64,000 bases of DNA from NCBI GenBank assembly GCA_965153455.1, contig OZ234493.1, forward strand, positions 12,080,213-12,144,212. Reading direction: 5' to 3'. Source of the DNA: Sphagnum compactum (lineage: Eukaryota). A model generated the notes under the pieces. That model was not told the origin of the DNA. It searched no databases and worked only from the letters and a program-made list of their open reading frames with translations. The translations under genes were made by a program, and so were the position numbers. This document shows, piece by piece, positions 38,391 to 53,102 of the stretch (the first letter of the stretch is position 1; each line of letters begins with the position of its first letter).

Positions 38391-41300
38391 ATATATTGCA
38401 CTCAAGTTCCTTAATAATATGCTTGTGTTCAATTAGAAACAATATTTTGTTGTCATTTACCCACCAAAAAATTGTCATATATCACACTTGAATATATTTT
38501 TCTACTAATTGTAATCATTAAATGACATAGCCATCCCATTATTCCATGTATCTTGTTCATGAAGAAACTAAAACAAATAAATACATATGTGTACTTAATT
38601 ACACCAAAAATAATGAAACCCCACCTCCCACAACCTATATAACATTATTACTAAAATCAACTAATATTAACCTTAACCTTCATTCGTAATAAGCCCAACA
38701 CAATATCAAATAATACACTAAAAGAATTAGTATGAATGAAATTAGCTTTGGGTTTTTGTGTGCTCCATAAATTTTCAATATTGCGTAATGAACCCAACTT
38801 ATTGCATGCCAAAAATAAATTCACATTCATATGTAGAAAAGATAACCAAAAATGTTTTTGACAACTCTCTAACCATCATAGAAATTAATCCTACAAATGT
38901 AGCCATTGTTATTTTAATGGTTTCATGTATGTTAAGCAGTATTCTAGTTTTAATTTTTTTAACTTCTTGGCTAAAAAAATGTTTTAGAATGTTTATTAAC
39001 TTAAACACATTTATGTGAAATATTTTAAATTAATCTTCTTTTAAGTCTTGGAATACAAGTACAGCAATATGTGTGTCAACAATAATTTAGCATCTTCCTT
39101 ATTATGTTTACTACCTTTTGTTCCTTGGTTGAAAAATTCATTGCAATCATCCACGTAATCCTTACCAAGCACAAGAATAGTCATGTAGCTAGTAGCAAAC
39201 CAAATTCTAACACAAGCAATAACTAGCAACAAAACTCGAAGGTCAATGAAGATATGGCATGTAAATACCACTTGTCTTGCAAGATTAGAAACCACCTAAC
39301 ATAAACAACTTGCTTCAAACAACACTGTTATGGCCTATGTGAATAAATTATATGGGTCATTCATCACTTTATTTTAATAGTGGTAGGTGTCTCCATAGAG
39401 AACCTCCACATAAATATCAACTAATGTATAAACAAGTGGTTCTTTAAATGAGTCCAACTTTGGATGTTCCAAATTGGACCAATTCATAAGAAATTAGAAA
39501 CAACTTGGTAGTGTTTGGGAACCCAACATGCAAATAACACTTCAAAGTTAACACCACCACTTCAAAAAGTTTTGATAAAAATCACTTGATGGGATTCTCA
39601 TCTGATTCTGAATTGAATTGAAGCTTGTGCCAAACAAAAAAATCTAGGGAATTAAACATTGATTACACCTCAACCATGAACTTCTTTAGAACATCTCACT
39701 TTTGATCTTCATAAACTATGGGCTAGTTCATGGCTTTTGTCATTGATCATTCTATACACATCAATTGTAAGGCCAAATGAAACCCCACTTTCATAAGTAC
39801 TTCAACTTATCAAACATGAAAAGCCATTGACCATTTTCACCATTCAACAACAAAAACCCTTGGTTCAACATATCCATGGCAATTGCTTGCATTAAAAACC
39901 AATTCTTTGTTTGCATGAATGACATTGTTTGCGTAATCATCTTCACATGTAAAACCTACTAATTACTTAAATTAATGTCCATCAAAGTGGATGTGTGGTA
40001 CCATAGTTTCATTAGTTCATTAATGATAGACGAACATTGCTAAAAACTAGCTCAAGGAAGATGCAAAGTTTGTATAGGTTGATAGAAAATTATAGTTAAA
40101 AGCTCAAATGTGTAACAAGCATTGAGGGGACCAAATTAGGTTTTTGCAAAGACACAACGACATTAAAAGATACGAACTCTTGAATATGCATATCATCATG
40201 TTCTCAACATCCAAATATGCAAACTTATTGTTCTTGGGTTCTACTTTCTTGGTGTTGATTGCAAGTTCTCTTTTTTCCAATTGAGCTCCACCTTTCCATT
40301 TTCTTATGCATAGTTAACAAAAATAATAGCATCTTGCAATTGTCCCTTTATACCTTACTAAGAAATAAGGTCTTGATAACATGGAATAAAGCAATTTCCT
40401 CTTTCTCAAGATCTTTACAACTTTACATGGATAGACAAACCATTAAGGTTGGAAGGACTTGCAATGGATAACTAAATATGAAAACAAAGGACCAAGGACA
40501 TGAAAGATATAAGCCATGCCAACAAAATTGAAATTGATTTCTAATTGACATGTATTACAAAAGATTTTATAGTCATTACAAGAATGCCCATGAATATGTG
40601 CAAGAAATGAAAATGCCAAGAAAGTTGAATTGAATATACTCACAAAAGAAATGTTTAGGTGTAGGAGTTGTTAGGCAAATTGTAAGAACCCAAATTGATA
40701 ACAAGGTCCAAGGGGTTGATCTAAGTAAGTATAACCTAGACTCCAAAAACAAACCAACACAACTTTTATAACATTGAATAGCTCACCCTGCAACACCAAC
40801 CACATAATATTCAAGAATTGAAAGAAGTTGTGATTATGAATTTTTTTACAAATCCTTCTAAGATCCCGACACACGTAGGCTCCAACAATAGTCATCATCT
40901 TTTTACACATCATGTATCCCTCCTACAAAATATTGTTTTCACACACATGACATTCCTCTTATTTTGCAATCTTTCCTAATTCAAATATATGTCTTACCTA
41001 TAAAGAGTAAACACATGGATGATGCCTAAACGCACTTTGATCATGCCAAAAATAAACAAGGAAAAAAAAAGTGGGCAATACTTTTGACCTACTTGCAATA
41101 AGGACCTATACTAGTTGATTTAACATCCTCATGACCCATAGCAAGAAATCATTGATTTAGTCATGAGGAGATCCATTGGCTATTATTTGTGTGCCTTCAA
41201 AAGAAAGCCTACACCAACCTTTTTTTTACTATGAAATTTTGCCAAAATTTGAAATAAAAAAATGATTTTGGAACCTTTTAGTTGCCAAAAGAGAGAAAAA

Positions 41301-44300
41301 GGTTTTAATTGCTAGATTCATATATTTGGTTTTCATCAACTACTAAAAATATATAGAAAGATGATTAAAAATTTGTACTTTATTTTTGGTTTGTGGCCAA
41401 ATTTGGCTAAATCTCCATAGGGCTGATCACCATTTCTTCTACATGTTGCTATAGACGATTGCCACTAGTTTGGCTATTAAAAAAATCCTAAAAGTCTGCA
41501 CATAGTCATTTCATGTGTAGTTATTTGATTAAAAAAGAAGTGATCAAATGGGGTTTTTTTTTTTTCCTGAAAACTTGATGTGAGGATTTGAAGAATATTT
41601 GAAAATCATCAAAATCTCCAAATATAATTGATGTTTCTTTCCCCAAACATGATAGGTATTAGATACAAATGTTTGAATTTTTTGAACAAAAGGTGATTTT
41701 GGTTGCCATTAAGGTTTAGGGTTATCAATTGAAATGAAAACATTTTTTATATTATAATGATATTCAAATTGACATGAAGGAGCATTGAACCAATAATCTA
41801 GGTTTTGTCACAACAAATTGTCCTATAACTTCATTAAAAAAAAACAAATTCAAATAAATGTTTTAAACAAATCACTACTATGTTTTTTCACACATTACTC
41901 AAATTTCAATGCAATGAAATTATGTTTATAACCAAGAATAAGGATGGAAATGTAGCTATTTAAAATCTCAAAGTCTAAATGCTAATAATCACCCTTAAAG
42001 ATCACTAGAACCTTAACAATGTTGTGGTTGAATCATATATACACAATCGCATTTCCAACATACTTTCTCATAAATAGGTCTTTTGGGCACAAGACACCAC
42101 TTGCAACCTCAAAAGAAAACCATATTTTACACATTCTATAAAACACTTCAAAACGTTTAACAAGGTCCCTATAATCCAACACATGTAAACACATTATAAG
42201 TTGCAAATTTGATCACATTTAACAACCCACGTAAGCACAAGAAAACACATCCAACCTCAAATCCAAAAAGATGACCACACACATAACTAACTTTAAATGA
42301 TCCAAGTGACAATCTCACACATTCATGTAGAATCCTATAGTTCTACAAAACATTGTAATTAAAAAAGGGAAAATGCATAAGTGAACTTCTTGTCCTATAG
42401 CAATTGAATGCAATTCAATGTAATTAACACCCTAACCTTCATCACTCACAATAGGCCATCTCATGTGATTGCACAAAACACATCCTTAGAAGCAAACTCC
42501 TTCCTTGGCAATGCCTTCCATACATTACAACCTTAAACATGTAGCTTAAAAATTCATAACCTTTGCCAACAATACAACACATGGCCACCACCCAAGCCAA
42601 ATGTGTGCAAGAAGTCGAATAGAAAGAAGACCTACACATGAAAATCCAATCGCATTATAAACATTCAATCCATCGATTAGTGAGTACTAGAAAGAAACCC
42701 AATCAAATGTGGTGGTTTTTAGAACCTCACAACACCTAATCCAACAAAAAAGGATTGAAAAAGCTTCCAATAATTATTCATGTGTTCTTTTCACTCTCTT
42801 TATTGTACACTTTAGGACTACCTCCCTTGACAATATTTCAAAAACTCAATAACCCAATAACCTTCCTTGGACACCTTGAATGTTTGTCCACAAGGCCAAT
42901 ATCAACCTCTCACAAGCAACATTTTAATAGATTGATCGTGTTTAAAACACACAACATAATGAAGTTGGGAAGTTATGATCCTAGCCAAAACTCAACAAGG
43001 AGGCCACAACTAAATAAGAACAAAAAACTAGAGAAAACAGAAAAGAAAATTCAAGATTTTTAAAAAAAAATGGAGGACATAGAAAAGATTTGTTTGGATG
43101 TCATAGAAAAGATATTTGCCCAAAAGTTTAACAAGTAGGCAACTACATGGATGTAATCATGCTAATATGTTCCAAAACAATTGGAAGCGACGTTATTTAA
43201 TATTTAATATTTTGAAGTGGTAATTTAAGTTGGTGTTGAAATTTTTGGATTTACTTATATAAAAAAATTCATAATATATTGTGGGAACATATGAATAGAT
43301 TTGAAATAAATTTAATGAATAAAAAATACCCAAAAACATTTAAAAATAGTTGTAACCATTTTTTTGCAATAGTTTTGTTGCTTAAAGGAGATGTAAAATG
43401 GTTTGAAAATATTTGAAAATGAAATATTTTTGGCAATTATCTTGGTATAATTCTCAACATAATAGTATAATTTTATTTTTCAGAATTTCCTAGAATAAGC
43501 ACAAATTAAGCAATCACTTAAGGGGGTGTTTCTAGTTCATTATATTGTGCTTGGACCCACATACAAACAAAACACTAGAAGTGAAAAAACCTCAAGTAAA
43601 AGGGGGGAAAATGGAAATACACATAGAGCACTTAGAGGATAACTTTATGGAAGCCAAAAGGAACCAAGCAAAACCTAGAGAGCATGTAATGCAAGTGTGA
43701 AAAAAATGTAAAAACATTAGAGTAAATAGAACAATGTGGATGAGGAAAGCTCAAATAAAAATAATAGAATTATGGAAAGGTGAAAGCTTTAAAGGGCAAG
43801 AAGAAAACAACAAAAAAAAATAAGCTTAAACCCCAAAGACTTAGAACCACACGAAAAAAAATTCAGGTCCATCATGTGTAAGGTTCATCCTATGAAAACA
43901 TTTGTATATTGGTTTGAAATTGATCCCCAATTCTTGAATCTGCAAGATATTTAGGTTTGGTTCCTAAATTGGATCTAATAAAGGAGGGTACATTTTGATC
44001 CAATTCCCAATAATTGGAACTAAAATCGTCAATTCTCACATTCCCATAGAAATATTTGCACAACAGTGGTAGTAACCCATGAATTTGATGTTGTGAGATC
44101 GTTCTTTGTAAGCACCTCCTTGAATTAACATCAAACCTTAAATCTTATATGATTTTGAACATTATAAAAGATTGCAAATGAGTGCATGAAACCATCGTTT
44201 AAGGTTTAATGTTTCATATTTGTTTGTTTTATTGAGAAAATAAGTAATGGATGCCCATGCCTTCATCTTTATGCCCAAGTTTTACAACCCAATAAAGGTA

Positions 44301-47300
44301 TGTTCATGTATTCCTTATTGTGGGAAATTGAAACATAAATGGTTTGTTGCATTTTTTTACATATTAGAGAATTGACCATTTACATACAACAAATTTTGAA
44401 TCATACCAAACTTAAAGAACATCTCCATCAACGCCCTAAAAAAGTTGATGAGCCCCCAAGGGCTTGTCACAAGGTATCGGGGTAAATTTTTCGATATAGT
44501 GCATTATGAAAAACTTGAAAGTTTTAAATGTGATTCTTAGCTCACACATTGGGATCAAAGGGGCATGCAATAGCTTTGGGATGGGACTAAAATGAATTCA
44601 ATATGTTCAACTTCATGTGAAGGCAATTTGCACCAACCAAGAAAGAAAATGGTTAATGCAAATTAGAACCAACATGGTGCATAGACGACCCATGAACAAT
44701 TCACATTCACAAGACAATGCATTCTGGACTTGGGAGGATTCATCACTTTTCTTTCCTACAATATGCTCAATGATTTGTGGCATGGATTGCATTAAAGTGG
44801 TAAGATTTCCCAAGATTCCAAAATGGGAGTCGGGTGCAATCACACTAACGTGTACACAAGCAATTGTAACCAATGCTTGGTTTTGTGTATTTAACATTTT
44901 AGAATCAAATAAATAATTCCAAAAGGAATTGCTTTCACATAATTTTATTTTCAATGTATTGTTATACATACTTTACAAGTTTGAAATCAATCTAATGAAT
45001 GAAAAATATCCAAAAGCACTTTGAAAACATTGTAACCAATGTTTTAAAGCAATAAAAGGACTTGTAAATGGATTTGAATGTTTTTGACAATGACATATTT
45101 TTAGCAAATGTTTTATGTAAACCATAACATAATAGTGTGATGAAATTTTTTAAGATTTTAAAAGATTTTTTTAAAGACTTTTGTCTGAAATATTCCAAAA
45201 ATATTTTAAAATAAACCCCCAATAAGTAGTCACCCAAGGGGGCATGTGTGGTTCATGATATCATGTTTGCACCTAGTCCCAAAAATTCCAAATTTCACCA
45301 AGTATGTAATTTTGCAAATTCATAATTCATGCATATAAACTTTGATTCAAAAAAAATCAAGGGAAAAAAAATAGCCTTGAACAAAGGTTTACAACTTTAT
45401 ATCATATGTTTTAATCAAATGTCATTTAACAACTTTTTGGACCTTTTAATGGACAAGAATCAAACTACAAGTTTAATTCTCAACCATTCTTTTGGCTGTA
45501 ACTTGTGTTCTAGATCTTCAAATAGGGAATGCTACCCCACTTTGGATATTCCACTTTTCAAAAGCCTAATTTGGACAAGGTTTTGTGCCTTGAACCTTAT
45601 TCCAAATCTTAAAAACACCATGGGATTCCAATTCCCACGTTTGAATCCACATGGGAGTGTTGGGACTCACTTTCTTTCATTTTTTCACAATTGTATGAGT
45701 GCTTGAATCCTAAGGCACTATTTCAGCCCACTTCCCTTCCCATGCTTTAACTTTGGTCACAAGCTTTAGGGTCACAAATTACAATAGGTCTCATACTTAT
45801 TTTGACTCCACTTGGAAGCATTCAACTTCCTTCATCTTAGGAAGAACACTTGCCCCTCCTAGGAATTGGTCACACACCTAAATTAAGTCATGACATTCTC
45901 ATTCACTTAAAACAAACATCAATGTTCTCATTGACATTATAGGACTTTTTTTAAAGCCCCATGATTGATTTCCATGCAATTGAAAGCCAAGCTTTCAATT
46001 TTGTTTTCAACTCAAGGCTTCACACTCTTTCATGTTTCATCACAACCTCAAAACAAGGTTGTGACAAAAATATTTCAAAATGAATTATAGTCATAGTGTA
46101 TGCCAATTTTGGTTAATAGATTGGCATTGGCCAAGTATGCTTACACATGATCTAATGCCTACAAAAGCAATTACATCTTGCAGAATATAATAATTGTTCT
46201 TAATTGACCAAATAGAATGATCGGTCTAGGTGGTTTTATTTAAATAGTCTCCCACCTTTTATTGTTTTAGTTTTCATGTTTAAGGGTGGGGTTTGGGAAG
46301 CAATTAATACAAGCAATCTTGGATGTGAAAAATATTGTTGGAAACCCCAAAAAAAGTGTATGTAAAGCTTTTTAAGAGTTCTACAAGTCTACCATTAACC
46401 CCTAAATGTTGACCATGAATGCTTGGAAACCAAAAATGATCTTTGTTTGAATTTTTCAATGAATGTAGTAGGCAATTTTTGCATTTTTTCCAAATTTTTT
46501 TTGACCATTTGGACTATGGTCATAGGCTCCAAATGTCATGCTAACAAGGGAAGTCCATGTCAAATTTATAGGGTTTTGATTGAAATAAGGCCTACAATGG
46601 CCTCTTTTGTAAGAGTGAGGAGGGTAATGATTTCTATCTAAAGGATAATATGAACCAATCTTGGGAAGGACAATCTAAAAAATGGTTGTAATTAAATATG
46701 GGAGGGTGGGGTGGGGCAACACTTATTATAGTTAATCCACTTTCAATTGATTAATTTTTTTGTTTCATGTTTTAGTGAGGACATTTAAAAAAAATTCATA
46801 GTCATAACAACTATATTGAGATTTGACTAAACATTTAGGGGTTAACACCAATGTTGTCAAGTTCACATTCATATTATGGGTTATTTTTTGGGATATATGG
46901 TCTAGAGGTTCACAATTTTGTTCAAATTGAATTTGGATCTAGACCACGAAACCAAACGTTTTCTTGAAATTAACACTTGAACTTGGAACAAGTAGTTTCG
47001 TTTTAAAAAAATTATGTTATATGGTTTCTTTTAGAAGTACAAGGTTTTTAAAAGTGCAACAACCAAGCCCTATTTATAGGTTGTGACAATTCAACTTTTG
47101 GGCCACCTTATGGGATAATACTCCATAGTGGTGTTGTGTGCATTTGGCATCACCAAACCAAAAAAGAAAGATGATGTGTAACTTAGACTCAAGGAACTAC
47201 CATTGATTTAGTGATTTAATGTTATGTGGCTACCAATTCACATATTCCACCCTTTTATGAACAAGTTGAAAATTCATGGTGCAGCTCTCCCAAAAAAAAA

Positions 47301-47899
47301 CTCAAAATATTAGGCCTTCAACTCCTTTCCCCCCCCCACCTCAAAAGGATTATATATATATACCTACTACCTTGTATCATTGGATGTTAGGATTTTTTTT
47401 TCATGATTGTATTGGTCCCCAATTTTCTTTTACACTATTAACCCATATCATGATCATGGGTACCTATTTAGCCAAGTAATTACCGTGTAATAATCGACCC
47501 AATTTGACATTAATTAAAATTTTGAAGTTTTTGATACATACTTGGTAACTATGTTGAAAGTTATTGAAACCTTTTTTTCGTAATAGATGACATACATTAA
47601 ATCCGAATATGGGTACAAATGTAAAAACCTTTATTTACTCCTTATTATTATTTTTACGGGTATCCAAGTGCTCCATCATTGTTTCATGCGAACTTTCATC
47701 CAATTGACGAAATTCCCAAAACCATCATCCATTTGATGAAATACCATTCTTAGGTGCATGCATTCATTGACTCAGGCCAAACGGATGGCTCCAATGTTTG
47801 ATGCAACTCCTTAAAAAAAAAGATATTACATGGTCATACAATTTTATGCTTACACCCTCGTCACACTCAGTAATGATTTCGGCCACTATTTCATGTAAG

Positions 47900-50800
47900 C
47901 AAGTTAAGGCTCAATCCATGGGGGTGGATGAACCTTCGGGCACATTGACATTGTCACAACGACCATCCTCATCTGTGGTCGCAAACCCCCCAATGTCAAC
48001 AATGTTGATTTCATCAACTTGATATTGGTTGTAATTCTCATCGTTGGACGCACCATCATCTAATTACGAATATGATCAATTGGCAAACATGGATTTCAAA
48101 CCATCACGATGAATCCCAAAATAAATGTCATAATACTCAATGATATTTTATGATGTAAGGTCGATACAAATTAGTAGAATAATAATTTGATGTTTGCAAA
48201 ATTTGCTTCACAATGCCCAGTCGCGAATGCAACTTGCATACTTGGTGAAGGGGGAACGAATCTTGTAAATAACATTAGGATGTTGTTGGTTTTGCACCCA
48301 CCACAAATTGTCACCATCGTCCACCTCAAAAGTAGGTGGGATCACATTAGTGGGTGGGATCCAGCTAGTTTTATCAATACTTATTACCACAAGTCGCACC
48401 ATGACCTTGTTATAAATAAACCCTTGCCTTTTCATCTTGGCTTGGTGCATATAATGTTGTGCCATTGTCATGGTTAGCCTCCACATTTACAATTGATGCA
48501 ACGCCCTTTCAAACCTTTAGTTTCAAGAGAAACCAACATTTTAGAGCTTCATGATAAGACTCTACGCTAACTTGTGTGTCTTGATTAGAGTGATTAGAAT
48601 TGGGATTCATCAAAACGCAACCATTCAAAGTTATGCATGGACATGCACAACATATTTAGAACCTATCATGTAATTTGAGCATGTGTGAAAAATCAACATG
48701 CAACTTGTAATGCATCCATAGCAAAAATGTTTTAAAACATGCCATACTTGGAAGGGAGTAAATCACTTACTAAGTTGGCAATAATAGGCCCAAAAGTATC
48801 TTGTCCAAACAACACCGGATTGTAGGTTATCAAAACTTTCCATCATGATCTCCCTCCCATGTGCCTTGAAAGATTCAATGGTTTCATTTAGGTTGATGGA
48901 CATGAACATCACCATGTGGAGGTGACCAAGTAATGCATGCCTCACTTTTGGATCCTTGATTTTCTCCATGGAACGCAAGCGCCATACTTTCAACACATGC
49001 CATGCAGAAAAAAATGGGATAAAATTTCAACTCCACACAATCCTGCCATGGTACACCCAACACTAATGTGCTTACCATGAACAATAAATATGTTACACAA
49101 TCCCCACATTAACGTAATATAGAAACATAAGATAATGCAACAAAAAATAAAAAGACAATGTACAACCTACCCCAATGTTCAGGTTCTTGCGAAGCATCAT
49201 CCACAATGAAACACAATGGTTTCCAATGTGGCATATACGAGAAGGGCTTTATCCGTAGGGCACCCAACCATTCCACCAAATTTTCCCATGTTTGCTAATT
49301 CGGATGATCCAAGCAACTAACATTTTTGTGTGATGAAAATCGAACACCATCAATGTGAATAGGTGGTACTTCACATCATTGGTGCCAAACATGACATCCA
49401 TAGAAATACCCATGTTGTGACCAAATTGGAGCATGGCCTGAAGCTGTGTTTAGTGTTTAGATCCTTATGGTGAATGGGACATAAATCCCATTCACCTCAC
49501 TTACATCTTGGAAATAAAAAACATCATCCGGATGAGCACAAACCCATGATTAAATTAAAAATGTTGAGTTTTTGTGCAAACACCAAGTGCACCTCTTGTG
49601 CTTTCGATCCAAGTAAGTGATATCTTGGAGTTTTAAGAAATCATCCCAAGTCATTTGTTCATTCGCACCTTTGCCTACCAAATTTCCTTGTGTTTATCAT
49701 AGATTTGTTTCATGGTGTATCCCACCCTAATTAGGTCCATATAAAATCTTTCAACTTGTGGGACATGCGTGGAACATATGTTGATATCCATGATGTGGAC
49801 CTTGGGTCACATGCACTATGAGAAGGATCTCCATTGACTTGAATGTGAGTCTAATGGTAAAATGTGTCACAGATGCTAAGACCATGGAGTTCATTCATTT
49901 GAATGTTCATCCATTATTTGTAATGAACTTGTACCTAACTCATAATTTAGTTTCAATTCATTTTTAGATAACTTTTAGTTAAAATTTATTTCATTTCTAA
50001 TTAACTTTTAATCACTACAACAAAAGGTGTCCTTGTACGCCAAGTGATTTCATTGGATTGTGAATGAATTCAATGGTTGTAGTGAACGAGTACCAGTGAA
50101 GAAGCAGTGAATTCACCGGTTTAGTGAATGAGAATTAATAAATTGCACCCACATTTTGTAGTAGTGAATTAATTTTTGATTAATTTTAGTTCATTCTTAG
50201 TTAAGTTTTAATCCATTTTTAGTTGAGTCTTTTTGCTCATAGTTTACACATGGGTACACATGAGTGAAAATAGGCCCCATGTAGGTTGGACGTTTCTTGA
50301 TAAACTTTTTTGAGCAAGGTGCCGAATGGGTATAAATATAAATAAAATTCCTATTACCTTTAGTTTGTTCAACACCAATTTTGGGTACATTTTCTTGTCA
50401 TAACCTTGTTTTGTTTTTGTTTCTTCCTTGCAAAAAATTATGTTGAATTTTTGTTTCGCACGTGTCATGTCCTTGTGTTTGTTTTTGTTGTTTCACAATA
50501 AAAATTTGGGATTAGGCTTGTTATTGTTTTCATCTTGATTTAGGAAATCATGTAGATTTGGTTGTTTTTGACCGTGTGACAAAAGGCGATTTGCACCACA
50601 TTGGCCATGTGTAAAGCCTTTTGATGAAAAAATGGGCCAAACAACCATGCTTGATTGACCTCATGTGGTTGGGGTTTTCATAATGGTCCTTCAGCCCATA
50701 ACCACATTCATACTTACAAAACATAATTTCCATTGAATAAAATCAAAAGACATGAGAACGATTAACCCTAGTTTGTAAAAATGACCAATGGAAAAGATTT

Positions 50801-51100
50801 ATAAGTTGTTAAACCATACCAAGTATGTCCAAGGTGATTATTTATTGTCAAAATTTTCACATCTTGTTGAGGGGACATTTTTTTGTATGTTCCATTCCAC
50901 CGAAATTTGCATATCCCCTTGTTCATCCTACAAAAACTCAGAAACACGGGCATGGGGGATGTATGTAGTTTGAATTGCCACCTTGTTTTAGCCTTCATGT
51001 TTAAACCCATCTTTCCACACCATGCCAACATTCGAGAAAGGTGATTTTGTCGAGTTTTGGATGTGAATGGATTGGGATAATGAAATTCGCCCCATGCTTG
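47900..51100 (-). mobile_element. Decayed intron-containing MULE transposase with SWIM finger remnant
   Basis: Minus-strand fragments in order: N-terminal region (50768-51031), C...SIKHGCLAHF (50548-50733), ISMDVMFGTNDVKYHLFTLMVFD...VAWII (49249-49434, MULE DDE core), helical region (48763-48996), and SCIRDWAL*SKFCKH (~48190-48240, degenerate SWIM). AT-rich intron-like gaps lie between them. Confidence 0.8.
50013..50166. mobile_element. 154-bp non-autonomous CACTA element with TSD
   Basis: Left end CACTACAACAAAAGGTG; reverse complement of right end CACTACTACAAAATGTG; 3-bp TSD AAT at 50010-50012 and 50167-50169; internal GTGAA repeats. Confidence 0.88.
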
Positions 51101-52938
51101 GAATTGCTAAAGAAATAACCATGTAATAGAAATCCCCAAATTGTGAAAAATTGATGAAATACCCTCACATGTTTACAAATTGTAGTAACCTTAATCAACA
51201 AAACTCTCAAACCCTATAAATGAACCTTACCGTAACACATAAACAAGTGATAGTTCACAAATGGTAAAAAAAACCACGCATTTATTTTATGGCCATCTAG
51301 ACTTATGCTAAAAAAAAATCCTTATTTTCCTAAATACAATCAATTCAATATATGTAGGGTTTTCAATCAAAATGTGCAATACCCACATGCAATAATAGTA
51401 ACACATTGACCATGGGACTTCTTTGCCCGAATGTGGTATGTTTTTGCAAATTGATATTTCGATGACCATCCATATCCAAGGGGGAGCAAAATACCTTAAG
51501 TGAAAGTTTTTTAGAAAAAAAAAGAAAGGAGTTTATTAAGAGAGGATATTGTATCGTTGATGTTAAAGGGTGATGCCATTGATGCTCAATGGGGTTTTGG
51601 CCTTGAATGAAAACACATTCATGGATAGATCAACATGAATGTCACTAAAAAAAAAAACATTAAACCTTAAATAATTCCAATGGTGGATGTTATGAACCAT
51701 GATAATTCTAATCAATCAAGTACACATGACCTAAAAAATAAATTACATAACCACTATTGAAGACAAAATATTTTAACCTCAAGCCTAAATAGATAAACAT
51801 GGATATCATTAAGCAAATAAACATTAAGCCTTAAACCTTAAATAATTAAAATGGTAAATGCCAAACACCCTAATAATTATATGATCATTTACACATGCCC
51901 AAAAATTATAACCACAAATTAAACCCTAATTTGGAGCCCTAACTAAATGAAACAAACAAATGAGTGGAAGCCATGGTGTGTGTTTTACTTGTTCGTTTGG
52001 TTTATTAACGTGAGCGTTTCTCCACTCTCCTTGAAAGAGAAAATAAAAATGAATGTGTCTTGTGGCATACATGTGCAAATGCCAATTTTCTCCCAAAATC
52101 CATATTAGGTTTACTTTGAATGAGGTTTAAAAGGTGCAAAAAGTCATAAAAATTTGTTGTCTCCATAACCCAAAATTATAAAACCCTAGTGTTAAATAAC
52201 ATAAATAATTATAAAAACATAATATTGTTAAATCTAATCCACATTGCTTAAGTACATCATTAAACAAGCAAATCAAATTATTCAATCTAGGCTTAATTGT
52301 TTCATGAACCTGAGTACAACATCCATTGAATGTGCTTAAACTAAACTAAAGCTCCATATTCCTTAGACATATGCGTTGGATTTGCAATACCCCCATCAAG
52401 GAAAACACTTTCAGAGCACAACATGTAATACCTTCATTGGGAGGTTTCACATATTGTGGATTTTCAAAAGTTTGTGCAACATCCTTAAAACACACTAAAA
52501 CATCATGTTTAAAACCAATGTCTATTTGCAATACCCTTAAATAGGTGGTGACAGATACATTTAATTGTGCCTTTTGTTATTTGTTTGAGTGAACAATATC
52601 AAGCTCCATGCAATACCTTCATTTGATTCTTTCCTCATTGTTTTCGACTGTTGGGGGTCTATTGGAATAGCAACTAGGTAAGTAGGTGTAGCCATGTAGG
52701 TGGGGTTTTGTAAGTACCTACCTAAAGTGTCGGTAGGTAGGTAGGAAGGGCAGGTAGGTAGATAAATAGATGGGTGGGCATGAGAGTAACACATCTTAAA
52801 TTTATAGGTGAGTAGGTAGATAGGGAATAGTATACTCTTAATTTAAATATATAGGTGAGTAGGTCTCATGAATAGGTAGGTAGGTAAGTAGAAAATAGGT
52901 AACTACTAACTAAGTAGATGGTTTATACATATGTAAGG

Positions 52939-53102
52939 GCTTTTTTTACTACCTACCTACCTACTTACTAACAACCTGCTTGTGGGTTGTTAGTAGGTAT
53001 GTAGAGAAAAAAAGGCAAGTGAGCTAACCAGCATGGTTAGCTAGGGAACTGAAACCCAACAGAAAACTGTTTCCTGACCATTTATCATTCATCCTTCATG
53101 GT
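52939..53102 (+). repeat. Dispersed double-hairpin repeat B, copy 2
   Basis: Collinear with 10262-10416; second stem AGCTAACCA-gca-TGGTTAGCT; preceded by (TAGG)-rich sequence from ~52670. Confidence 0.85.

Noticed and set aside
39000-40950. Decayed coding-like sequence
   Set aside because: Composition suggests an old TE or pseudogene, but no family motif could be assigned by eye.
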